In this document: piece after piece, positions 1 through 13,200 of the stretch
How the letters are laid out: each line of letters opens with the position of its first letter
How positions within the stretch are numbered: the first letter of the stretch is position 1
Source: Eledone cirrhosa
Taxonomy: Eukaryota
Assembly (NCBI GenBank): GCA_964016885.1
Contig: OZ024740.1
Coordinates: 419,182,001-419,246,000 of the forward strand
Direction: 5' to 3'
DNA: 64,000 nucleotides
Notes under the pieces: model-generated
The model's input: only the letters and a program-made list of their open reading frames with translations
What the model was told of the DNA's origin: nothing
Database searches by the model: none
Translations under genes and position numbers: made by a program

Positions 1-137
1 CCACCTTAGACTAAAATTGTAATCTTACAAAATATTAACCTCATCTTTAAAGACAAATGATTTCTCAGTATTTACATCTATACTAAAGTTTGATTAAATT
101 TATCTTCAATCATCATTTGATATTTTATCCCTGGATT

Positions 138-250
138 TGTACATAGTACATATCCAGGGTATATACTAGGTACACATCTAGAATATGTACATAGTACATA
201 TCTTAGATATATACATAGTATACATCTAAGATATGTATACATAGACATAG
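138..250 (+). repeat. Degenerate short tandem repeat (tacatagtacatatctagatat)
   Basis: 4-5 imperfect units. Confidence 0.6.
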
Positions 251-1144
251 CAATGTAGTTAAGAAATTGGGCACTAGTATTGCTCTCTAATTAAGTTCAC
301 ATTTCAACCATGTGGTTTATATGGGTTCAGTCTCATTGGGCATGACTTGGGTTGATCTATCCATGTCTTGTGGATGAAACTTGGTTGACAGAAACTGTGT
401 AGTGTGTGTGTGTGTGTTGGTAAGATTACTTTTAAAGAAAGTGCTTCAAACAAAAATACATTTATTCCAAGCTGGGCATATTTTATTAATTTCTATTGAA
501 TGGCTGTCTAAGTCCCAGACAAAGTATTGGGGGGTCGATATAATCAATTAAAATCTTTTGGAAGCATTGCCTTTCCAAATGGTCGCACTCCAAAGACTGA
601 AACAAGTAGACTAAAAAGGTTACAGAATTTATTGTCAAACATTCTTATGACATGCCCTCAATTTCCATGTTAGCATAAAAATCACAAACACTTACAAATA
701 AATAACATACACACACACAGACACATTTGTAACGAGGGTTGGATTAAATCTCTTTGGGGTCCTAAGTACCCAAAAGATTATGGTATCTCCTTGGCAGAAA
801 TGATAATGATGATTTAATTTTAATAAAATTTATTACCTGAAGAGCATTAACAAAGAAATCTCTGTGGTACTTCTCTTCCTTTGATTCCCTAAGCATGTGG
901 TTATTTTGCTTAATGGTTAATCTAGCCATGTTCCTAACCTTCACAAAGCCATATAAATTAATGACTCATCTAGAATGACACATCCATGACAGTATTATGA
1001 ATAGATACATGTACCTTAAAACATCTCCCTTTGCTTCTTCTAGAACAGTGATTATCTTGACTTGCTGGTGGGTATATTCCAACTACACTTGTATTAACTT
1101 TCTATTTCTCAAACAACTATACTCATTTTTATATTGTCTAAAAA

Positions 1145-1430
1145 AGTCTAAAGTCAGTCTTGAGCTCAGAGGCTCATCATGCCAGTGCTCATCCTATTTC
1201 TGTGGTGAGAAGTGACTGAGAGTACAAGACTCCCCACTGGACATGACACCAGTCCATCGCAGGGTTAAAGCCACAGCTATTACTAATACTCATTTTCAGC
1301 TGAGTATACTGGAGCAACGTGAAATGAAGTGTTTTGCTCAAGAATATAACACAACCTAGTCCCGGAATTGAACCCTCGACATTATGATCATGAGTCCAAT
1401 ACCCTTACCACTAGGTCACACTCCTCCACT
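1145..1430 (-). mobile_element. tRNA-derived SINE with V-domain-like body
   Basis: tRNA head (A/B boxes, ggttcaattcc) plus gatggactgg..tgtccag.gggg..gaaa..ggat..ccggcctgatgagc. Copies at about 26680-26958 (-) and 48390-48655 (+). Confidence 0.75.
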
Positions 1431-1668
1431 TTTATATTACACCAAACATTTCACATCAACTCCTCTCTTCATTTTTTTAAGAAACACTATTCTGAAACTC
1501 TTCTAAAGTCTACATGTTCCTATAATATACTAACTTCTAACCTTTTAAACTCAATATTAACTGGACCATCTTGTCTTATCCTTAGTCTCACTTCTGTTGC
1601 AGCTAATCTTATCCTACTCACCATGGTGATAACATTTATTCACTTTCTCTTAACACATATTCTCTCTT

Positions 1669-1669
<1 letters not shown>

Positions 1670-1737
<68 letters not shown>
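1670..1737 (+). repeat. (CT)n microsatellite
   Basis: Directly visible. Confidence 0.98.
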
Positions 1738-1738
<1 letters not shown>

Positions 1739-1758
1739 ATGTGTGTGTATATATATAA

Positions 1759-2190
1759 GGGCGGTGGATTGGAGGTATCGGTAGAGGGTTGGACGCCATG
1801 CTTTGCAGCATAGAGTTACTGCGCTTTACGGTCTGAGTTCAAATCCCGCCGAGGTTAACTTTGTCTTTCAATCCTTACAGGGTCGATAAAATTAAGTACC
1901 AGTAACTCACTGAGGTAATTGCTGACCTTGTGCCAAAAGTAGAAAGAATTATTATCATTAGTTGTATTATTAAGGGCAAAATTGTTAGAGCATCGGCATC
2001 GGACACGCCCTGCGGCATATAGTTACTGTTACATTCCAAGTTCAAATCACACCGAGGTTAATTTTGTCTTTTATCCTTGTGGAGGTCGATAAAATAAAGT
2101 ACCAGTAACTCACTGGGGTTGATTTAATCAACTTTCCCCTCCTCCAAAATTGTTGGCCTTGTGCCTAAATCAGAAATCATTATTATTACT
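1759..2190 (+). mobile_element. Two tandem tRNA-derived SINEs (Meta-domain-like, gcctttcatccttacggggtcgataaaataaagtaccag)
   Basis: The most abundant family in the window (about 20 copies). Head gggcggtggattggcagtatcggtagag, B box gagttcaaatcc, (ATT)n tail. Other copies at about 4515-4700, 4992-5215, 5500-5850, 12282-12695, 19529-19718, 22332-22497, 41085-41268, 58378-58570. Confidence 0.85.
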
Positions 2191-2589
2191 ATCATCACTA
2201 CTATCACCTCCATCATCATTATCATCATCATCATAGAGACTGTTGTTAGAGCACATCATGTTCTTAGTTAAAATTCTGTTGAGTCAACTTTTCCTGTTAT
2301 ACTTCTGGTGTTGATAAAATAAGTACGAGTTAAGTACTGAGTTAAATTTAAGCTTTAGCATGCTAGTAATTTTTATGAGTTGTTTCCTTTGACACTGCAT
2401 TATCTGTTAAAGGGAGATTACTCATATGGTGCTATGTATCGCCCACAGCGTGCTGAAGGTTTAACTGTATCTTTTCTAAACATGAACAATTGTTTTTTTT
2501 TTTCTTTTATTCTAATAACTAATAATAAACTGTCAATGTGAATGTATTTCAATTAACACTTGTCTTAAAATGATTGGTTGCTCTTCTAG

Positions 2590-3029
2590 CTTGTCTGCTC
2601 GTAATGAATACAATATAAACAAGAACTTTGCAGATGGAACCACTGTTTCTGCAGAACAAGAAAACAGCAACACGGACTCTCTTAACAGGTTATCAGGTGC
2701 TAACCCCAACTTTTCACCATCTGGCATCAAATCAGAAAGAAATAGCCAATCATTTCTAAATGAACTACCGGATCTATCAAGTACTATTGATAGTGACTTT
2801 ACAAGTTCTATCTCTAGTACGTATTCTTCACCATTTGGAACCCCTGACAACGCTACTAACAATTTAACAGGGTTTGATTTTGGTGCTCATTTCAATGAAG
2901 TTTATAAGGAACATATCTCAAATGTGACAGAAGAACGAGGTAGTCAAAATAAAAGAAATCATGTGGAATTTGATGATTTGAATTTATTTACTTTCGATGA
3001 CCTTGACAGTCGGAGTTCAACTAGTACAG
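2590..3029 (+). CDS. SCAP: SCAP exon (Ser-rich low-complexity insert, LPDLSSTIDSDF...GFDFG)
   Basis: Acceptor cttctag|c at 2589/2590 and donor cag|gtaatt at 3029/3030; phase 1 joins the next exon as G|AA. Lies within ORF 2570-3055. The 5' boundary is less certain. Confidence 0.8.
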
Positions 3030-6000
3030 GTAATTTTTTTTCTCCCCCTTTATAACCATATTTTTGTTCATGCCATATAGACCCCCTAATATTCAAAGAT
3101 AAAGAGTTTGAGGGATTGGTATCTTCCTGTTTTTAACCATATTTCTTTTCATGTCATATAAACCCTTAATATGCAAAGACATGCTTTGGGAAATTGGTAC
3201 TGGGGTTTCTATGGCTGGATGCTCTTCCTATCACTGGGAGAGTATCCAGTTGTAGGAATCTTGCCAAACAAAGGTTTCGGAGGACCCTCAGTTGTGTCAA
3301 AGACATGAATGCCTGTGCACTCAATGGAGCATCAGCCATACATAAGCAAGACAGATCCCTGGCCTGCCTGGGAGATCATTAGCTCCACTTCAGTACTGAC
3401 TATGTTTATGTTGACCTGTCCAACCTTTGCTAGCAAGAGAAAGGGGATGTTAAAATGACAATGATGATGATGCGATTTGGGGACTTTATTTATTGACTCT
3501 GGCATATGAAAGGCAAAGCTGACCTTGACAGGATTTGAACTCAGAATATAAAGGGCCAGAAGAAATGCTGCCAAACATTTTGTCCAGTGTTCTAACAATT
3601 CTGCTAATCTGTCATCATATAATACTAGAAACACTGATTTGATGACACCATGGTGAATGTCTTTAAAACAACAAACTAGAAGAGACTGAGAATTCTTACA
3701 GTAACTAACAACACTACCTCACAATAATATTTACTGTAATATTGCATGGCTTCAGTAGTTTTAGTATGTTCAAATTATCCATTAGTTTCCATTTCATCCA
3801 TTCATTTAACAGTTGTAACTCCTAGCAGATACACCTAGAAACATAATATCATAGCAAAGCTGATTTACGTACATCTACCCACCTAATTTAAACCACTTCA
3901 AGATAAAAGCCTATAGTATTCATATAAAAATACTATAAGACATATAAACAGATCACTAGATTGTTCAGAGTGAACCTGACCTTATTCTTTATTACAAAAA
4001 TCACAATAGCATGCAAATTGTCAAATTACCAAATAATTATAATAATTATATTCCCACAAGGGAACTGAAAAGCTAAGAAATTATACCATTTTAGCTGTTG
4101 AACTTGGAAAATCATGACAGTAAGGGACATGTCTTATGATCTTATTTGTGATCAACACAACTGGAGTAATACACAGTTATTTCTGTAAAATAGACATTGA
4201 CAAATTTCCTATAAGGATGGACATAAGTACATTCTAGAAAATATCAACACTAAAATCTATAAACATTGTTAAGGCATTCTCAAACAGCATTTGTTAACCA
4301 TGACTATATATTTAGGGGTTAACATTTGCTAACCCTGAACATTCTTGTTAATCTGAAGCATCCTTGTTAACTGAATACCTCTTGCATGTTTTCCATTAAG
4401 CATTCTTGTTAACCTCCAACACTTCTGTACATTTTATCCAAGATTTACTTAAATATTGTTACCAAAAAATAAAGAAGCCCTTGATGTATTTCTCAAACAA
4501 TTTATTATAAAAATAATAATTGTTTCTACTTTTGGCACAAGGCCAGCAAATACCCAGTACATTACTGGTACTTTATTTTAGACCCCGTAAGGATGAAAGG
4601 CAAAGTTAACCTCGGCGGGATTTGAACTCAGAATGGAAAGGGCCGTAACTCTTTGCGTCAAAGCATGGCATCCGACCCTCTACCGATTCTGCCAATCCAC
4701 ATAAAAATAATAATGAGAGCTAATAAAGACATTATTATTATTATTATTTTCATTCATAAAGCTTTTGCTCTAAATGTTATAACAACACAATACCAAAGGA
4801 GCGAGCCAATGGCCAAAGGTCCTTTGGATCATTCCTTCTCCTTCAACTTTCTAACACCTCTCTTAGAATCCTTGCTATTTCTAGCGAAGCTGTTTTCTGC
4901 AACAATCCCATCTTGATGGTCATTTCTAGCTTCTCAAGCTTTGCATCCAACTTTTTGGCTTGAAGATCTTGGAATTATTATTATTATTGCTGGATGGTGA
5001 ATTGACAGTATCGGGAGAGCATCGGACAACATGCTTTCTGGCATAGAGTTACGGCCCTTTATGTTCTGAGTTTAAATCCCGCCAAGGCTATCTTTGACTT
5101 TCATCCTTACGGGGTCGATAATGTAAAATACCAGTTAAGTACTGGGATCAATGTAATCCACTCCCACCCCACCCCAAGAATTGCTGGCCTTGTGCCTATA
5201 GTAGAAATTATTGTTGTTGCTGGCCTTGTGCCTAAATCAGAAACCATTATTATTATTATTTGCACCTGTAGGTGGGTGAATTTGAGGAGGTGGTTCAGGA
5301 TTGGTGGAGTACCTGAGTGAACCCTAGGTGGTTATCCCCCCTATTGGGGAATTTTCCCTGTATTTTTATTATTTTGTTATTATTTATATTGTTTACGCGT
5401 ATATGTAAACCCTACTGTCCCTGTCTTTTGTATTGTCCCCTATATGTCGGCCCTTGTGGCCAATAAATGAAACTATTATTATTATTATTATTATTAGATG
5501 TTACGGTCCTTTATAGTCTGAGTGCAAATCCTGCCGAGGTTAGCTTTGCCTTTCATCCTTACGGGGTCGATAAAATAAAGTACCAGTAATACACTGGGAT
5601 AATTGCCGGCCTTGTGCGAAAAGTAGAAACAATTATTATTATTAGATGGATTGACGGTATTGGTAGAGGGTCGGACGCCATGTTTTGCAGCAAAGAGTTA
5701 CGGCCCTTTATAGTCTGAGTTCAAATCCCACCGAAGTTAACTTTGCCTTTCATCCTTACGGAGTCGATAAAATAAAGTACCAGTAATACACTGGAATAAT
5801 TGCCGACCTTGTGCCAAAAGTAGAAATAATAATTATTATTATTATTTATCAATATAGTCTATTTTATATTTGTTTTCATCTTTCAGAAACTGTTGCAACT
5901 ATTGAAAGAGATATTAATTATGAAATGTCATCAATTTGGTGTCTGTGTTTTAAAGATGGTCTCATTGTAGCTGGTTGTGGCAATGGTCGGATCGAAGTAC

Positions 6001-9000
6001 GTAACTTATCCTCTTTTTTTTAAACATTCTTTGTGTGGGTGTGTCTGTGTGTGTGTTATTTGTTTTAATGCTAGATGGGCTTTACATTTATTTAGTAAAC
6101 TATGCAGCACTAATTTATAGTTTGGTATTTTAATAATTTGGTGAATTAGCAGAATTGGTAGAGCGATGACAGAATTGGTAGAGCAGTGACAGAATTGGTA
6201 GAGTGATGACAGAATTGGTAGAGCAGTGACAGAATTGGTAGAGCAGTGACAGAATTGGTAGAGCGATGACAGAATTGGTAGAGCAATGACAGAATTGGTA
6301 GAACAATGACAGAATTGGTAGAGCAATGACAGAATTGGTAGAGCAATGACAGAATTGCTTTACAGTATTTGCTTAAGTCTCTTCTATCTTCAAAGTTCAA
6401 ATCTTGTGAATATCAATTTTGATTTTAATCTTTCTGGAGTTGATAAAATAAAATACTAGTTAAGTATTGGTGATTGGTATAATTGATGGTAGATTAACAG
6501 AATCATTCAAACATTGGATAAAATACCTGCAACATTTAGTTACATCCAGAGTTCAATTCCTGCCAATCTCAACTTTACCATTTATCCTACCTGGATCAAT
6601 CAAATAAAGTATAAGTACTGGAACTCTTATAAAACATCTAGATTTGAATAGAATAATAATCTAAAATGCGTGACTTTGTACCAATAAACAATATAGAATT
6701 TATCAGTTCAATATATTTTAAAAGAAATCACATTACTTGTCTTAATTGCTTTTTTTACTTTCTTAAACTAAAATATAATTCTCTCTTAAAGTAAATTCCA
6801 TATGTTTTAAATGACTGATAAGCTTCAGAAAGCCAGTACAATGTGGTAGAAATATATAAAGGGTTAAAGAATGACAAATAAAACAAAAGAAAGTAATGTT
6901 TTACTTAGTGAACCATTTCTGTTTAACATTTGAAAAGAGGGTATTAGCCCTGAAATATCATGTTGAAATATACTGAGTAAGACATTACTATGTTTTGTTT
7001 TATTTGTCATTCTTTGCCCCTTTATATATTTCTACACATCATACCACCTTAGTCATTTATTTCATACCTCACAATGTTTTGTATTAACTAAATTCCATAT
7101 ATTTTTTCTTAATTTTGAACAGCTCTGGAATGCCAGCAATGGGGGTTTAAAATGCATATATGATAAACACAAAATTAGTGTCACAGCTCTGTGTTTAGAA
7201 AGAAACAAGTAAGTTTTGTTTTTATCTCATTTTTATTCCTTTTTTTTTTTTTTTTAACAAAAGGTTTATAATATACGTGATATACGAGGGTGGGCTGAAA
7301 AGTTTGTAGGCTGATTAAGATACGCTCATAGAATGACAAAATGAGGTTTATTTTTCAACATAGTGTCTGGAATGAAACAATGCAGTTATGTATAAAGAAG
7401 AGTTGAAATTAATGTATGCAAGATTTCACAGCTCTAGCATCACACCTTCATAGTCAGCCTATGAACTTTTCAGCCCACTCTTGTATGTCATATGATATAA
7501 TGCTGATCCAACGTGATTAATATAGAAAGCTTTGTACTTAAAACAGAACTGCCAATCATTATATAACAGCCATCGTGTTCTTTAAGAGATTTTAAATTTC
7601 TTCTCTCAAAACTTTCCCTCTTTCTTTTTGTTCCAATTCTATAAACAGGCTATTTTTTTAGAATAATAAAAAAAAATTTTGACTGATAAGTTTTAAAAAA
7701 CTGGTACAATTTGGTTGAAATATATAAAGAGCAAAGATTGACAATTAAGACAAAACAAAATAATGTTTTACCCAGTATATTTCAACATGATATTTCAGAG
7801 CTATTACTCTCTTTTCAAATGTGAAATGTAAATGGTTCAAAACAAAAATTAATCATTAACCCTTTAGCATTTAAACCGGCCATATCCAGCCAGAATTCTC
7901 TCACCTCTTTCTGTTCAAACCGGCCAAAACTGGCCACTCATACTTATGTTAAGGTATTGTTTTCAAAATAAATAACATCAAAATCTCATAGATTCGATCT
8001 TATGTGAGATAATTATGTAAGATAAAGCCTTACCACAAAAATACAATAGTATATATAAAGTAATGTGAATGCTAAAAGGTTAATGTTTTCTTCCCTAACT
8101 GGTCTGTGTGTCTGAAATATGCATGCATGGAGTTGTTATAGAAGCCAATATGCTTCATGCATTTCTAATCTATTATTTATTTGGCTTTTTCTTGTTGATG
8201 ATAATGGCCTCTTTGATTCTTAAATTTCCCACATTCCTTTCCATCACCTTTATGGTGACTTCAATGTCATCATTTTCACTGCCTATGATCAAAAGCTTTC
8301 CAGCTATGACTAACCTGTCTTTTTTTAATTCTGTAAAGTGGTTGGTGTTAGGAAGGGCATCCAACTGTAGAAAGTATGCTAAAGAGGATTGAGAGGACTC
8401 TTCAGTCATATCACGAACTTGACAACCCCCCTAGTACTGGTGCCACAGTAAAATGTACCCAGTACACTCTATAAAGATTGAAATCAGCTCTCACCACCTC
8501 TTCCCAGGTTTTTCTTGGTCTACTTCTACTGTGGCTTCCTTCCACTGGCATTTCCTGGTACTACTTCTCCCTGCAATTATCATCTATGCACATCACATGT
8601 CCATAGCAAAGCAGTCTTCTCTCTTGCACACTATTTTGAATTCTTCTTAAACCCAGTTTCTCTCTCATTTCACCCAAGCTCTTCCTTTCTCTTACATTTA
8701 CATTGCACATCCAACAAAACATGGTTGCTTCACTTCTCTCCAGCTTAGGCATGTCCTTTACAGTCACTTCCTATGTTTCCCTACCATACAGCATTGCACT
8801 TTGCACACAGACATCATATAGTCATCCTTTTGATCTGCTGGGTAAATAAAGATAGTGAAGGAACCAGTAGTCTTGCCTAAATATAGGCATCAGTATATTC
8901 TGCTAAAATGACTCAAAGACTAGGTTATAGTCTTAAACTAGCTGTGTATTTGACATATTGCATGTGTAAAGTATAAGAAGATATTTTAGTTGGAGGTTTC

Positions 9001-10193
9001 AAAAGGGGTTTTCCATTTGAATTTTGTATATTTTTAATTCCATTTATTTATCCTTACTAATTCTTTCTTTCTCCTCTATTCAGGCTTGTTGCTGCCAGAT
9101 TAGATGGTAGTATGGATTTTTTGGAATTAGAAACTTTTCAAAATCTTGGAAACACATCTTCTAACTCAACACCTGGACTTCATACACGCGGTAGTTAAAA
9201 TTCCTAAATATTTTTGTAACCTTTTATTATCAACTTTCTTTCTTACTTTACATGATTGAGTTCAGTATCTTAAATGAGCTCTTCTGTTGTGTCAATGACA
9301 AGACAACCTCCCTAGTACCACATTAAAATGCTCCTAGTACACTCTGTAGAGTGCAGGAATATATGAAAGCAAGATACAGTTCCCTGATTATCTGAGTAGC
9401 TTCGATTAAATACTAACTTTGTCTATGACAATCTGTCCATTCCTGGCTAGCAGAGAGAAACAGACGTTAAATGAGGTTGATGATGATACATCAATGAGAT
9501 TCTTATTTGAAAATATACTATTTGAAGTTTATTAAATCAAGAAAAATAAATGCTACAGATTTGAGAACGATTTATGATGCAAAATGACGATGCTTTTAAA
9601 CATTATAAATATGTATTGATACTATGCTAGTTTCTTTTTCTTTCTGTAACAAGATGGTATCCCCAGTAACTACTACAAAGGAAAGAGAAAGTAATTACAA
9701 TCCTCTTTGTAACTGTAAAAAGTAAACAGCAACAACAAAGCAAATGACACAGTACAATGAAGAAATATATTAGTTTAACACTTGATATAGTAAGCTAAGA
9801 GTCTTAATGTTCCGGACACTAGTCCTTCATCAGATGATAGATTGAGAAATTAAAGAAGAAATAGAAAGTGAGAAGAGGAAAGAATGAAATGTTTTTATAT
9901 TATATTTATTTGTAGGTCCTGTACGACATCCGTCCAGTTCAGCTTCAAATAAAAACAGTACAGGCACAGTTGGATGTTGGGAAGAATCAGTCTCCTGTGC
10001 TTTATTACAGCGTATTCAAGCCCACCAAAAACCAATTACTGCCTTACAATCAGAAGCTGGACGTATAGTGTCTGCCAGTGATGATCGCACACTCAAGGTA
10101 AATTCTTGAAAATATTGTTAACAGGTGTATTATTTATTTGTATCAACTTTCTCAGATTCGAAAATTATTTTATAAGTAAAAGCAGATGAGTTT

Positions 10194-10224
<31 letters not shown>

Positions 10225-13200
10225 TGTCAAAACCATGCATGAACAATGATAAGGATATGTAAAATATAATTATATATATCAGTTATGTATCATGTAACAA
10301 TGATAAGGATATGTAAAATATAATTATATATATCAATTATGTATCGTGAATATATCATTATCTTCAGTTCAGTATTCGTGCCAACTCTTACCTAGGGTCA
10401 TGAATCTTAGATAATGACCAAAACAATACGATCACAATTACAAGCAACCAAAATGTGGTTCCTCCAAAGAGTCCTTGGAGTAACGTTACTTGATAGAGTG
10501 CATCGCTTGGAGATCAGAGAGTCACTACAAGTAGAGCTGCTACTTCTCCGAATTGAGAGATCACAGCTCCAATACTATGGGCATGTGATTAGAATGTCTC
10601 AGGAAAGAATCTTTGAACAGACTTCTCAGGCAAAACCAACCAGCAGGAGACCCAAGGGTAGATTGCAAGCAAGATGGTTGGATAACATCCATGATCTTGG
10701 CTGGCCTTGTTTGGGGATCCAGGCAGATCAGTTAGAGACTGTTGCTTCTGAAAGGACCTGCTAGAAGGAATGTTTGAGGACTCTGTCCCCACAACCCTCT
10801 CAGGAATAAGTGGACAAAGAAGAAGGATATATCAGTTGTATATACCATATATATATTAATTAACATTTAAAATTCTTATCTGGAAATTATTGAATTATTA
10901 AAACTTTTTTTTACAATATCTCTTCCTGCATACTGAAAATACAAACTGTGTAACAGGAAATATATACCGGTTATATATCAAATCATGAAAATTAAACCTC
11001 GATATTTCCAAAGAAGTTATTTTAAATACATTGTTCTTGTATTGTAGGTATTCTGTCTGGAGGACTGTATATGTATGTATACATTATATGGACATCATGG
11101 TAGTATTACAGCTCTTTTCTTAGACAAAGTAAGTGAAATATAATATATTTCTAATTATTTCTATTCTGTAAAACATCATTTCATCAACGAAACCTCCATA
11201 TGTAGCCAATCTCTCAGACTCTTACAAAGTGCTGAGAATATCAAGTTAATATAAAGGACGATGTGCTCATGTGTGGAGATGCTATAAAATAGCTTTAAAA
11301 ATAGGGTGAAGACCCTTAAAAGATGGAAAAAAAGTTGTCATTAGCTGCTATGAGGAATCGAATCCTACATACCAGTCTCTGGGAGATATGGGGTTCAATT
11401 CCTCATAGCAGCTGATGGCAACTTCTTTTTCCATATTCTAAGGGTCTTTACCCTATTAATAAGCTATTTCATAGGGAAGACCATTCAGCTATGTCAAGGA
11501 CATGACAACCTCCTTAGTATTAGTGATCTACATGATAAACACACCCAGTACATTCTGTAAAGTGGTTAGTGCTAGGAAGTGCATCCTGCCAAACATAGGG
11601 TCGGAAGGACCCTTCAGTTGTGTCAAAGACATAACAACCTTCCTAGTGCTAGTGTCTTGATAAAATACACTCAGTAGAGTGCAGGTCCATATGTTAGCAA
11701 GATGCCAGCCTCCCAGCCTATCTGTGAGGTCAGTAACACTACTTGAGTACTGACACAGTCTGTAAAGACCTGACTAACCCTTACTAGCAGGGAAAACACT
11801 TAAAAAGCCATCTCTACTCTTTGTCATCTCCTTTCAATTGTCAACCACTTGACAGAGTGTACTAGGTGCATTGTAATTCCTAATTTGTTTATTGATGTTA
11901 CTCCATATATGATGGGTTTACAAATTTTTGGTAAGTATGAATTGGTTTATATTTCTATTGGGTCAAAAACTCTTAAATTTTGAACACCTCTTTTTCTTCA
12001 GGGACCTCCATTTTCTGCTGCAAGTGCTTCCACTGATGGCACAGTTCGGTTATGGGACTTACTCACTGGTTTCTGTATCCACAAACTGTGTTCTTATGAA
12101 CAACCTATCACTGCTTTGACATGTTCACTTCAACATGTGGTCAGCCAAGACCAGGATTACCATCTCTGTGTATGGGACCGCATTAGAGGTCAACTTTTGT
12201 ATAACTTACAACTGGTATGTAATATAAGAGATTTTACTTTTTAAACATCCTGTCATTGTTAATATAAATTTGGACTATCCATAATTGTTTCTACTTTAGG
12301 CACAAGGCCAGCAATTACCCAGTGCATCACTGGTACTTTATTTTATCGACACCGTAAGGATGAAAGGCAAAGACAACCTCGGCGGGATTTGAACTCAGAT
12401 CGTATACGGACGTAACTATGCTGGAAAGCATGGCGACCGACTCTACCAATACTGCCAATCCACCACCTTTTGGACTATCCATAATGGTTTCTGATTTAAG
12501 CACAAGGCCAACAATTTGGGGAGAAAGCAAAGTTGATTAAATCGACCCCAGTGCATTACTGGTGCTTATTTTATCAACCCAATGAGGATGAAAGGTGAAG
12601 CTAATTTTAGCAAGAGTTGAAAGCAGAATGTAAAGGGCTGTAACTCTATACTGCGAAGCATGTTGTCTGACGCTCTACCGATACTGCCAATCACCACTCT
12701 TTAGGACTACTTTTAATGAAAATAATTAACATTTTGAAAATATATATTTACTTAATTTTGTTAAAAAGATAATTCCAAATATCTGTTGCTGTTCTCAGTG
12801 GAAGGATGAGTTTGTAATGAAAAAATATACTCCACTATATGTATTGAGTACATTTTTCATCTTGGTACTCTTTAATGTGTGTGCATTTGATGATGATGAT
12901 ACCTATACATTTATTAGCACTACTGAAATGTACTAATTTGGGATAGACTTTTCTGACAAGATAAAATTATTGAGTGAAAAGTAAGATTGGAAGAGAGAGA
13001 TGGGAAAGAGATATTTTACAAAATAAATTTTATTTTTTATTTTTATTAATTAATTGCAGGAACCTGGTTTGTATAGTCAACAGATGGCATTACTCACTGA
13101 CACACTTCTGCTGCTTGGAGGACAGGTAAGTTTTATTTTTTGGCAAAAGGGAATTTTCCAGTAATTGATATTAAGTGTGGCCTAGTAGATAAGGTGTTGA

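Noticed and set aside
2533-2862. 109-aa minus-strand ORF as a separate gene
   Set aside because: Antisense shadow of the SCAP exon at 2590-3029, with no recognisable motif.
6006-6400. Cys/His-rich repeat proteins (LYQFCHCSTNSV...)
   Set aside because: Translations of the 20-bp tandem repeat inside a SCAP intron.
10191-10224. Poly-T/poly-G junction as a functional element
   Set aside because: Simple homopolymers, prone to sequencing length error, with no supporting context.
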